Below, piece after piece: positions 9,253-17,896 of a stretch of DNA of 64,000 nucleotides. This DNA is from Rhodoferax sp. (lineage in GTDB: Bacteria; Pseudomonadota; Gammaproteobacteria; Burkholderiales; Burkholderiaceae_C). Location of the stretch: positions 11,715 to 75,714 of the forward strand of contig JBAQDE010000023.1 of assembly GCA_049294595.1 (NCBI GenBank), given 5' to 3'. How positions within the stretch are numbered: position 1 is the first letter of the stretch; every line of letters begins with the position of its first letter. The notes beneath the pieces were generated by a model. It made no database searches, had not been told where the DNA came from, and saw only the letters and a list, made by a program, of their open reading frames with translations. The position numbers and the translations under genes are program-made.

Positions 9253-10470
9253 ATGCACAGCCCCCGTGACTCGATGACGCCCATTCATTTCCCGGCACAG
9301 CCGTGGCTGGCCCGGTCCGCACGTAACTTTTTGACGCATAGCGGACACGTGCCCCTGGTGCTGTTGATCCTGGAGGCTTTGCTGGCCAGCCCGGGGTACT
9401 TCTTGCGCATTGACCCGTATCTGCTGCTGGCTGCAGCGCTGGTGCAGTCGGGTGTCGCGGAGTGGTTGCTGGGCCGTGGGCATCGCCCTGGCCTGCTCAC
9501 CAACCTGGTGGGGCCGTTGTTCTATTCCGTGGCCGAGGTCCTGGTGGAGGGCGGTGCATTTTTCCTGCAATGGCACCACCAGGCCTACTGGTGCTTTGCC
9601 ATCGGCTTTGGCCTCTTGCAGGGTTTGCAGGGGCGCTACCCGGCCTGGGATGGCCCGTTGGTCCTGCTGGAAAGCGTGCTGCGCTCGGCGATACCGCTGA
9701 CGCTTTATGCGCTGTTTGAAGCGCGCAGCAAGGGAGTCGGCTTGTCGGTGAACGATTTTTTCGGAGACCGGGCCCATAGTTTCCTGGCGGTGGTGTTGCT
9801 GCTGTTGGGTGGCCTGCTGGGGTTTGCCGAGGTCAGCCTGCGCCGCTCCCTGACTCAGATCCATGCGCTGACCGCGCAGCTGCGGCAGTATTCCGAATGG
9901 GCGCTGGGCAGCAGTATCCTGAACCGTGCCATCGACGATGCGCAAACGCTGTCGCTCAAGCGCGTGGATCGCGCGGTGGTGTTCATGGACATTCGTGGAT
10001 TCACCGCCTGGAGTGAGCAGCAGAGCCCCGAGGCCGTCGTGGGCATGCTCAATGCTTTTTACGCGACAGCGGAAGCCGCTTTGGAAGAAATAGCGCCCAT
10101 CAAATTGAAGTTCACGGCGGACGAAGTCATGGCGGTGTTTGCCAATGCGCAGGACGCCATTGGGGCCACCACCCGCATGCTGGTCGCCACGCGGGGCATG
10201 CTGGCTGACACGGGACTCACAGCCGGGGCTGGCGTGCATTTCGGCCCGGTGGTCGAGGGTGTGCTGGGTGCCAAGGAGGCCAAGGCCTACGACTTCATTG
10301 GGGACACCGTGAACACGGCGCAACGCCTGTGCGACGCGGCAAGCGGCGGCGAACTGCTGGCCTCTGCGCAGGCCTGTGCCGCAGGGGGCGTGCCACCAAG
10401 CGATGTGCGGCACATACAGGCCAAGGGAAAACGTGCCCCGCTGCAAGCCATGGTGGTTGCGTTGGGGTGA
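9253..10470 (+). CDS. Membrane-anchored class III adenylate/guanylate cyclase
   Basis: The C-terminal part of ORF 8110..10470 carries the cyclase domain (VVFMDIRGFTAWSE, KFTADEVMAVF, YDFIGDTVNTAQRL). The N-terminal half is multi-pass hydrophobic. The ORF portion upstream of ATG 9253 is antisense to the MCP gene and was discarded; ATG 9274 is an alternative start. Confidence 0.8.
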   Translation: MHSPRDSMTPIHFPAQPWLARSARNFLTHSGHVPLVLLILEALLASPGYFLRIDPYLLLAAALVQSGVAEWLLGRGHRPGLLTNLVGPLFYSVAEVLVEGGAFFLQWHHQAYWCFAIGFGLLQGLQGRYPAWDGPLVLLESVLRSAIPLTLYALFEARSKGVGLSVNDFFGDRAHSFLAVVLLLLGGLLGFAEVSLRRSLTQIHALTAQLRQYSEWALGSSILNRAIDDAQTLSLKRVDRAVVFMDIRGFTAWSEQQSPEAVVGMLNAFYATAEAALEEIAPIKLKFTADEVMAVFANAQDAIGATTRMLVATRGMLADTGLTAGAGVHFGPVVEGVLGAKEAKAYDFIGDTVNTAQRLCDAASGGELLASAQACAAGGVPPSDVRHIQAKGKRAPLQAMVVALG

Positions 10471-10491
10471 TTGCGCCTGTGCGGCGGCTCC

Positions 10492-11664
10492 TCACACCAC
10501 CCGGTTGCGCCCCTGCTGCTTGGCAACATACAAAGCCTTGTCGGCATCGCTGTACAAACGGTCGAAGTCCCGCTTTTCCTGCGCCGTGGTGCCGGCCAGC
10601 CCCACGCTGGTGGTGATGGGTATCGACAACTTTTCCCATTGGACCGGGGAGGATTCGATGCGCTGGCGCAGTTTTTCTGCCAGATTGCGTGCCGCATGCA
10701 CCGTCGTATTGGGCAGCAGGACGATGAACTCCTCGCCCCCCAGCCGCCCAACCAGATCGGTGCTGCGCACGGTGGAGGCTGCCAGCGTGGCCACATGGCG
10801 CAGCACGGCGTCGCCAGCCGGGTGGCCCCAGGTGTCGTTGACGTGTTTGAAGTGGTCCAGGTCCAGCAACAGGATGGTGGTCGGACTGCCCTGGCGCTGG
10901 GCGCGGGCGAGTTCGCGGTGCGTCAGCTCGACAAAGGTGTTGCGGTTGAACAGCCCGGTCAGCCCATCCTGGCGGGTGGCACGCTCCAGCTCCCGTTGCT
11001 TGTTCTGCAACTCGGCATTGGCTTTTTCAAGCAGCCCTTGCTGCAGCGTGATGGTCGTGAACTTGCGCCACAGCAACACCGACAGCATGGCGCCCATCAG
11101 GCAGGCGGTGATGCCATTGAGCCGATTCGACAACAATTGCGCGGGTTCGTGCTGGGTGAGGCCAATGGCGAAATAGAACACGGCATAAGCCACCAGATAC
11201 AGGGCTGCCGAAACGCGCGGGCGTATGTAGAGTGCCACACCCGCCACGGCGCAGGTGATCAGAAACGGTGTGATGTTGGGTGTGACCCATTGGTCCACGC
11301 AAGCCACCGCAATGGCGAATGCCATGCTGGTTGCCGCCAGGCCAACGGCCAGTTCCTGGCCCCAGCGCGACTGGCGGGTGCGATGCCAATGGCGCGCCAG
11401 CCCCGCAGCACCCAGCATGGTCATTCCCATGACCAGATGGGCAAAAAGCAGGCCCAGGGCCCAGCGGTGTGCGGTGGTTCCCGCAGGCGTTCCCCACACT
11501 TGCACCAGAAAAACCAGCACGTGCACCGCATTGAGCGCAGCCACCAGCGGCGTGATGATGCGCACACGATCCAGGTTGATCGCGGCAGCCTGGTCGAGCA
11601 CGCGGACGTGCTCGGCACGCCAGCGCGCCAACACGCGCAGCAGGTCTGAAAAGTGGGTGTTCAT
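10492..11664 (-). CDS. Membrane-anchored diguanylate cyclase (GGDEF)
   Basis: C-terminal GGDEF domain with active site RLGGEEF and an RxxD I-site (RSTD) five residues upstream. N-terminal polytopic membrane region. Start is ATG 11664 (MNTHFSD) or TTG 11688. Confidence 0.85.
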   Translation of the reverse strand: MNTHFSDLLRVLARWRAEHVRVLDQAAAINLDRVRIITPLVAALNAVHVLVFLVQVWGTPAGTTAHRWALGLLFAHLVMGMTMLGAAGLARHWHRTRQSRWGQELAVGLAATSMAFAIAVACVDQWVTPNITPFLITCAVAGVALYIRPRVSAALYLVAYAVFYFAIGLTQHEPAQLLSNRLNGITACLMGAMLSVLLWRKFTTITLQQGLLEKANAELQNKQRELERATRQDGLTGLFNRNTFVELTHRELARAQRQGSPTTILLLDLDHFKHVNDTWGHPAGDAVLRHVATLAASTVRSTDLVGRLGGEEFIVLLPNTTVHAARNLAEKLRQRIESSPVQWEKLSIPITTSVGLAGTTAQEKRDFDRLYSDADKALYVAKQQGRNRVV

Positions 11665-11812
11665 GGGGGACAAGACTCTAGCAGGCAAGTGCTGCGAAAG
11701 CCTTACAGCCCTGTCTTTCCAGGGCTCTTCAACCGTGCAGGGACGGCATCTCTGGGCCTCCCGTGGTAAGACCGAGCATTTTTTGGGTTATGTTCTGCCC
11801 CAAGGGACAGCC

Positions 11813-14302
11813 ATGGACAACAAAAACAACCTATCCGAGAGCGACATCAGCGACAAGTTCGTCCGTCCTGCCATGGTGCAGGCGGGGTGGCACACGCTCG
11901 ACCAGATTTTCGCCCAGTATCCCTTGCGCGCGGGCCGCGTGGTGGTGCGTGGCAAGACCGCCAGGCGCGATGACAAGACGGTGCTGCGTGCAGACTTCGT
12001 GCTCTTCTTGAAGCCCAATATTCCCCTGGCCGTTGTAGAGGTCAAGAAATCCCGTCTGTCCGCGCACGCCGGCATGCAACAGGCGATTGAGTACGCCCAA
12101 CTGTTGGATGTGCCATTCAGCTTCGCCAGCAATGGTGATGGCTTTGTGTTTCGCGACGCCACGCTGGCCACCGGCGTGCTGGAGCAAACCCTCACGCTGG
12201 GCCAGTTTCCGTCCCCGCAAGAGCTGTGGGCGCGCTACTGCAAATGGAAAGGGTGGAGCACAGAGGTGCAAAGCGTGGCCGAATTCGACTACGCCCTCGC
12301 CACCACTGCCAAGACCCCACGCTATTACCAGCTCAATGCCATCAACCGCACGGTCGAGGCCATTGCGGCCGGACAAAACCGCGTGCTGCTGGTCATGGCT
12401 ACCGGCACCGGTAAAACCTACACCGCCTTCCAGATCATCCACCGGTTGTGGAAGTCGCCCTGGCGCGCCGACAAGCCTGGCGGCCAGAAGCGCATCTTGT
12501 TCCTGGCCGACCGCAACATCCTGATTGACCAGACCATGGTCAACGACTTCCGACCCTTCAAAGGCGCCATGGCCAAGCTCAGCCCCAATGCCAAAGGCGT
12601 GGAGCGCGTCAATGCGCAGGGCCAGGTGGAGGTTGAAGAAGTCGATCTGGCCGTGAACAAAACCACCAAGCTGGTGGACAAAAGCTACGAGATTTACCTC
12701 TCGCTCTACCAGGCCGTCAGCGGCACCGAAGAAGCGCAGAACATCTACAAACAGTTCAGCCCGGATTTCTTTGACCTGATCGTGGTGGACGAATGCCACC
12801 GCGGCAGCGCCGATGAAGACTCCGCCTGGCGCGAAATCCTGACCTACTTCAGCAGTGCCACCCAGGTCGGCCTGACCGCCACGCCGAAGGAAACCAAAGA
12901 CATTTCCAATAGCGACTACTTTGGCGAGCCCATCTACACCTACAGCCTCAAGCAAGGCATTGAAGACGGCTATCTCGCGCCCTACAAAGTCATCCGCGTG
13001 GACCTGGACAGGGACACCTTTGGCTGGCGCCCCACCGTCGGCATGACGGACAAGCACGGCAACCTGATCGAAGACCGCATCTACACCGGCACCGACATGA
13101 ACCGCAAGCTGGTACTGGAGAAACGCGACGAAGCCGTGGCCGCCAAGATCACCGAATACCTCAAAGCCACCGACCGCTACGCCAAGACCATCGTTTTTTG
13201 CGAAGACATAGACCACGCCGCCCGCATGCGACAGGCCCTGAGCAATGCCAATGCCGACATCTGCGCCACCCACCCTAAATACGTGGTGCAGATCACCGGC
13301 GACAACCCCGAAGGCAAGCGCGAGCTGGACAACTTCATTGACCCCGAAAAGACCTACCCGGTGATTGCTACCACCTCCAAGCTCATGAGCACGGGCGTGG
13401 ACGCGCAAACCTGCAAGCTGATCGTGCTGGACCAGAACATCAAGTCCATGACGCTGTTCAAGCAGATCATCGGCCGTGGCACCCGCCTGCGCGAGGACTT
13501 GGGCAAAACCTGGTTCACCATCCTCGACTTCAAACGCGCTACCGAGCTCTTCGCCGACAAGGACTTTGACGGCGAGCCGGTGCAGATTTACGAGCCCAAG
13601 GCCGGCCAGCCCATTGCGCCCCCGGATGCACCGCCTGACTTCCAAACCGGAACGCCGGGCGACGTGGGCCCTGATGACCTGCCGCCACTTGGCCCTTTCG
13701 CCCCTGGCAGCGACGCACCCAAGAAATACGTGGTCGGCGGCATGGTCACCGTGGCCGTAGCCCGTGAGCGCGTGCAGTACCTCAACGCCCAGGGCAAGCT
13801 CATCACCGAGAGCCTGCGCGACTACACCCGCATCAACCTCACCAAGCACTACGATTCTCTGGACAAATTCCTGCAGGCCTGGAATGACGCCGACCGCAAG
13901 GCCGCGCTGCTGCAAGAGCTGGAAGGTCAGGGTGTGCTGATCGACGCATTGGCCGAAGAGCTGGCCAGCACCGGCCTTACCAACCTAGACCCGTTCGACC
14001 TGCTGCTGCACGTGGCGTACAACATGCCCGCCCTGACCCGGCGCGAGCGCGCCGCCCGCGTCAAGAAGCGCAACGTGTTCACCCAGTACGGCCCGGTGGC
14101 CCGCAAAGTCATCGACGCGCTGCTGGACAAATACGCCGACGAAGGCATTGCTACCATCGAGGCCGACACGGTTTTCAACGTCCAGCCCTTTACCGACATT
14201 GGCCGCCCGGCTGAAATCATCAAAAGCTTTGGCGGCCGTCCTCAGTACCTGGACGCCCTGCAAACCTTGGAACGCGAGTTGTATGCCACAAGCGCTATGT
14301 AA
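11813..14302 (+). CDS. hsdR: Type I restriction endonuclease subunit R (EcoEI/EcoAI-like architecture)
   Basis: Start trimmed to ATG 11813 (MDNKNNLSESDISDKFVRPAM...). N-terminal nuclease region (D...EVKK), SF2 helicase motifs (MATGTGKT, DECHRG, TATP), and a C-terminal region resembling the EcoEI R C-terminal domain. Confidence 0.9.
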   Translation: MDNKNNLSESDISDKFVRPAMVQAGWHTLDQIFAQYPLRAGRVVVRGKTARRDDKTVLRADFVLFLKPNIPLAVVEVKKSRLSAHAGMQQAIEYAQLLDVPFSFASNGDGFVFRDATLATGVLEQTLTLGQFPSPQELWARYCKWKGWSTEVQSVAEFDYALATTAKTPRYYQLNAINRTVEAIAAGQNRVLLVMATGTGKTYTAFQIIHRLWKSPWRADKPGGQKRILFLADRNILIDQTMVNDFRPFKGAMAKLSPNAKGVERVNAQGQVEVEEVDLAVNKTTKLVDKSYEIYLSLYQAVSGTEEAQNIYKQFSPDFFDLIVVDECHRGSADEDSAWREILTYFSSATQVGLTATPKETKDISNSDYFGEPIYTYSLKQGIEDGYLAPYKVIRVDLDRDTFGWRPTVGMTDKHGNLIEDRIYTGTDMNRKLVLEKRDEAVAAKITEYLKATDRYAKTIVFCEDIDHAARMRQALSNANADICATHPKYVVQITGDNPEGKRELDNFIDPEKTYPVIATTSKLMSTGVDAQTCKLIVLDQNIKSMTLFKQIIGRGTRLREDLGKTWFTILDFKRATELFADKDFDGEPVQIYEPKAGQPIAPPDAPPDFQTGTPGDVGPDDLPPLGPFAPGSDAPKKYVVGGMVTVAVARERVQYLNAQGKLITESLRDYTRINLTKHYDSLDKFLQAWNDADRKAALLQELEGQGVLIDALAEELASTGLTNLDPFDLLLHVAYNMPALTRRERAARVKKRNVFTQYGPVARKVIDALLDKYADEGIATIEADTVFNVQPFTDIGRPAEIIKSFGGRPQYLDALQTLERELYATSAM

Positions 14303-14342
14303 TTAATAGCTGTCTGCGCATATTCCACGAGGGCTAGAGCCC
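14293..14342 (-). repeat. Interspersed bipartite repeat, copy 1 (hsdR/hsdM junction)
   Basis: On the + strand: palindrome GCTATGTAATTAATAGC (14294-14310), 13 nt, CCACGAGGGC (14325-14334), GGGCTAGAGCCC, then a T run. It contains the hsdR stop codon. Confidence 0.8.
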
Positions 14343-14372
14343 TTTTTTCTTCATAGTCACTTGGCAAAAAGC

Positions 14373-15842
14373 ATGTCCAACCTCTCCAGCGTCATCAAGT
14401 CCATCCAGGACGTGATGCGCCAAGACAGCGGCGTCGATGGCGACGCCCAACGCATCTCCCAGCTCACCTGGCTCCTGTTCCTCAAAGTGTTTGACGCGCT
14501 GGAAGAAGAGATGGAGCTCACCCGCGACAGCTACACAAGCCCTATTCCCCAGCCCCTGCGCTGGCGCAACTGGGCCGCCAATTCTGAGGGCATCACCGGC
14601 GAAGCGCTGCTCAGCTTTGTGAACAACGACCTGTTCGGCGCCTTGAAGAACCTGCGTGGCGACGCCCAGCGCAACCCGCGCGGCTACGTGGTGCGTGGCG
14701 TGTTTGAAGACGCCTTCAACTACATGAAGAGCGGCCACCTGCTGCGCCAGGTCATCAACAAACTCAACGCCATCGACTTCAACCGCCAGAGCGAGCGCCA
14801 CCAGTTCAACGACCTGTACGAGAAGATCCTGCGCGACCTGCAAAGCGCCGGCAACGCAGGCGAGTTCTACACCCCACGCGCCGTCACCCAGTTCATGGTC
14901 GACATGGTCAACCCGCGCCTGGGCGAAAAGGTGCTGGACCCCGCCACCGGCACCGGCGGCTTCCTGGTTTGCGCCATCGAGCACATGCGCAAGCAGGTCA
15001 AGAACACCGTGCAAGAAGCCGTGCTGCAAACCTGCGTGGGCGGCGTAGAGAAGAAGCAGTTGCCCCACATGCTGTGCGTCACCAACCTCATGCTCCACGG
15101 CATCGAGGTGCCCAGCCAGGTGGTGCATGGCAACACCCTGGCCCGCCCGCTGCGCGACTACACCCCGGCCGAGCGGGTGGACGTGGTGCTCACCAACCCG
15201 CCCTTTGGCGGCGTGGAAGAACCGGGCATCGAGCAGGGCTACCCTGCCGACGTGCGCACCAAGGAAACGGCAGACCTGTTTCTGGTGCTCATCAAACACA
15301 TCCTCAAAGCCCACGGCCGCGCCGCGCTGGTCTTGCCCGATGGCACCCTGTTTGGCGAGGGCGTCAAGACCCGCATCAAAGAGCAACTGCTGAACGAGTG
15401 CAACCTGCACACCATCGTGCGCCTGCCCAACGGCGTGTTTGCCCCCTACACCGGCATCAAGACCAACCTGCTGTTCTTCACCAAGGGCACACCCACCCAA
15501 GACGTCTGGTACTACGAACACCCGTATCCGCCGGGCGTGAAGAACTACAACAAAACCAAGCCCATCCGCATCGAAGAGTTCGATGCCGAGAAAGCCTGGT
15601 GGGGCAGCGAGCTTGACGGCTTTGCCAGCCGGGTGGAAAACGAACGCGCCTGGAAGGTCGGCATCGACCAGATCAAGGCCGCAGGCTACAACCTGGACCA
15701 GAAGAACCCCCACGTGAACGACGTGGTGGACCACGACCCGGATCACCTGCTGGCCGCCTACGCCCGCCTGCAAGGCGAAGCCCAGGCTCTGCGCGATGAG
15801 ATGAAGGACATATTAGCCAAGTCGCTCGCTAGCCCTCGTTGA
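14373..15842 (+). CDS. hsdM: Type I restriction-modification N6-adenine DNA methyltransferase subunit M
   Basis: Motif I DPATGTGGFL and motif IV NPPFG, with an HsdM N-terminal region (QLTWLLFLKVFD). Start is ATG 14373 (TTG 14361 is possible). Confidence 0.9.
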   Translation: MSNLSSVIKSIQDVMRQDSGVDGDAQRISQLTWLLFLKVFDALEEEMELTRDSYTSPIPQPLRWRNWAANSEGITGEALLSFVNNDLFGALKNLRGDAQRNPRGYVVRGVFEDAFNYMKSGHLLRQVINKLNAIDFNRQSERHQFNDLYEKILRDLQSAGNAGEFYTPRAVTQFMVDMVNPRLGEKVLDPATGTGGFLVCAIEHMRKQVKNTVQEAVLQTCVGGVEKKQLPHMLCVTNLMLHGIEVPSQVVHGNTLARPLRDYTPAERVDVVLTNPPFGGVEEPGIEQGYPADVRTKETADLFLVLIKHILKAHGRAALVLPDGTLFGEGVKTRIKEQLLNECNLHTIVRLPNGVFAPYTGIKTNLLFFTKGTPTQDVWYYEHPYPPGVKNYNKTKPIRIEEFDAEKAWWGSELDGFASRVENERAWKVGIDQIKAAGYNLDQKNPHVNDVVDHDPDHLLAAYARLQGEAQALRDEMKDILAKSLASPR

Positions 15843-15872
15843 ATCTACGCATGCTGCTATCAAATTTGAACC
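15830..15872 (+). repeat. Interspersed bipartite repeat, copy at the hsdM/hsdS junction
   Basis: CTAGCCCTCGTTG (box 15832-15841), 13 nt (aatctacgcatgc), TGCTATCAAATTTGAAC. Close match to the reverse complement of copy 1. It contains the hsdM stop and both candidate hsdS starts. Confidence 0.7.
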
Positions 15873-17506
15873 TATTGGCCACCGCCCCCGGCGGCGTGGC
15901 GCGCCTGCGTGAGCTGATCTTGACGCTGGCGGTGCAAGGCAAGCTGGTGCCCCAAGACCCCAAGGACGAACCGGCGAGCGAGCTGCTGAAAAAGATTCGA
16001 GTGGAGAAAGACCGGCTGACCGCAGAGGGAAAGACCAAGCGCGACAAGCCGCTGGCGGAGATTGCGGAGGAGGAGAAGCCGTTTGACTTGCCGATGGGGT
16101 GGGAGTGGGTGCGGCTTGCTGATGTCGTGCGAGTCCTCAATGGCCGGGCTTACGGGAAGCAAGAGCTATTGGAATCCGGTCCAACGCCAGTTCTTAGAGT
16201 CGGGAACCTCTTTACCTCAAATCACTGGTATTACTCGAGTCTGGAACTTGAGCCCGAAAAGTATTGCTGCGAAGGGGACTTGCTGTACGCATGGTCTGCC
16301 TCGTTCGGGCCGTTCATTTGGACCGGTCCAAAGGCGATTTACCACTATCACATCTGGAAACTGGAGCCTTGGTCGGTGCAGCATTTCGACACGGGCTACT
16401 TCCATAAATTCTTGGCTGAGAAAACGGCGGAGATCAAGGCAGCTGGGCATGGTGTTTCGATGATTCACATGACCAAAGAGAAGATGGAAAAGATCGTCGT
16501 ACCCTACCCACCCCTCGCCGAACAATCCCGCATCGTCACCCGTGCCGAAGAGCTCATGCGCCTGTGCGACGCGCTCGAAGCCAAAGGCCAGCTAGCAGCC
16601 ACAGCACACGTCCAACTCGTCAGCACCCTGTTGACCACGCTCACCGACAGCGAAACGCCCGCGCAGCTGACCGACAACTGGCACCGCATCGCCACCCACT
16701 TCGACCTGCTGCTAGACCTCCCCGAAGCCGTGGACGCGCTGGAGCAAACCATCCTGCAACTGGCAGTGCGCGGCCTGCTCGTCCCCCAAGACCCGCAAGA
16801 CGAACCCGCCAGCGAGCTGCTCAAGAAAATCCGCGCCGAGAAAGACAAACTCATCGCCGAGGGCAAGATCAAACGCGACAAACCCTTGCTGCCGATTGAG
16901 GAGGAGGTTCCGTTTGTGTTGCCGCACGGGTGGTGTTGGGCCCGGTTTCCAGAACTGGGCGAGTTTGGTCGAGGAAAATCTAAGCACAGACCGCGTAACG
17001 ATCCTGCTCTATTCAATCCACCGAAGTACCCACTCATCCAAACGGGAGAGGTTTCGCGCGCTAAGGGTGTTGTTCAGGAGGTTCATTCGTACTACAGCGA
17101 CCTTGGACTTGCGCAGAGTCGCATGTGGCCGAAGGGAACGCTGTGCATCACGATCGCTGCCAACATTGCGGAATCTGCAGTCCTCGGCTTTGACAGCTGC
17201 TTCCCAGACAGTGTCGTGGGCTTTGTGCCCGCGGATGCAATGGGTAACGTCGAGTATTTCTTGTTGTTCGTAGAAACGGCGAGAGCGGACCTACTTGCGT
17301 TCGCTCCTGCAACTGCGCAAAAGAACATCAACCTCGAAATCCTCAGTTCATTGCTTATCCCGGTCCCACCACTGAATGAGCTAACCCGGATCGTCACCCG
17401 CGTAGCCCAGCTGCGCCGCCTGTGCGCCGACCTGCGCCAGCGCCTGTCCGCCAGCCAATCCACCCAAGCCCATCTGGCCGAGGCCTTGGTGCAGAGTATC
17501 GGATAA
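15839..17506 (+). CDS. hsdS: Type I restriction-modification specificity subunit S (two target-recognition domains)
   Basis: The internal conserved repeat LVPQDP(K/Q)DEPASELLKKIR.EKD.L.AEGK.KRDKPL occurs twice (about 15905-16102 and 16739-16933). The second repeat pair is PPL.E..RIVTR...L.RLC. Two A+T-richer variable blocks lie between them. TTG 15839 overlaps the hsdM stop; ATG 15851 is an alternative. Confidence 0.9.
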   Translation: MNLRMLLSNLNLLATAPGGVARLRELILTLAVQGKLVPQDPKDEPASELLKKIRVEKDRLTAEGKTKRDKPLAEIAEEEKPFDLPMGWEWVRLADVVRVLNGRAYGKQELLESGPTPVLRVGNLFTSNHWYYSSLELEPEKYCCEGDLLYAWSASFGPFIWTGPKAIYHYHIWKLEPWSVQHFDTGYFHKFLAEKTAEIKAAGHGVSMIHMTKEKMEKIVVPYPPLAEQSRIVTRAEELMRLCDALEAKGQLAATAHVQLVSTLLTTLTDSETPAQLTDNWHRIATHFDLLLDLPEAVDALEQTILQLAVRGLLVPQDPQDEPASELLKKIRAEKDKLIAEGKIKRDKPLLPIEEEVPFVLPHGWCWARFPELGEFGRGKSKHRPRNDPALFNPPKYPLIQTGEVSRAKGVVQEVHSYYSDLGLAQSRMWPKGTLCITIAANIAESAVLGFDSCFPDSVVGFVPADAMGNVEYFLLFVETARADLLAFAPATAQKNINLEILSSLLIPVPPLNELTRIVTRVAQLRRLCADLRQRLSASQSTQAHLAEALVQSIG

Positions 17507-17508
17507 CG

Positions 17509-17548
17509 TTCTTTACCTAATTGGTAAAGAAGTGATAGAATAACTATC
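17509..17548. promoter_or_regulatory. Two adjacent inverted repeats between hsdS and higB (candidate terminator/operator)
   Basis: TTCTTTACC-taatt-GGTAAAGAA (17509-17531) and GATAG-aataa-CTATC (17534-17548), immediately upstream of the GGAGGTG ribosome-binding site of the toxin gene. Confidence 0.45.
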
Positions 17549-17560
17549 AACAAAACGGAG

Positions 17561-17896
17561 GTGTTCTTGGAGATTCGATTCAAGGACAAGCAGCTACGGG
17601 AGCTCTGCGAGAAGAGGGCGGTGGCTGTCAAGAAGCTTGGGGATATCAGTGCGCGCAAGCTGCAAACGCGATTGGCGGATATCGCAGCAGCGACCCGCGT
17701 GACTGATTTGATTGCGGGAAATCCGCATCCACTCAAAGGAGATCGCCATGGTCAATTCGCTCTGGACTTGGCGGGCGGTTGGCGCTTGGTTTTTGCTCCT
17801 GCCAACGAACCTATACCGCGTCGGGACGACGCTTCCATCGACTGGTCTGCTGTGACCATCGTGTGCATTGAATACATCGGGGACTACCATGACTGA
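17561..17896 (+). CDS. higB: HigB-like toxin (RelE/ParE superfamily, plasmid maintenance system killer type)
   Basis: 111 aa with the family hallmarks HPLKGDRHGQFAL, GGWRLVF and C-terminal EYIGDYHD. Start is GTG 17561 or TTG 17567. Its stop overlaps the downstream start (ATGACTGA). Confidence 0.75.
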   Translation: MFLEIRFKDKQLRELCEKRAVAVKKLGDISARKLQTRLADIAAATRVTDLIAGNPHPLKGDRHGQFALDLAGGWRLVFAPANEPIPRRDDASIDWSAVTIVCIEYIGDYHD

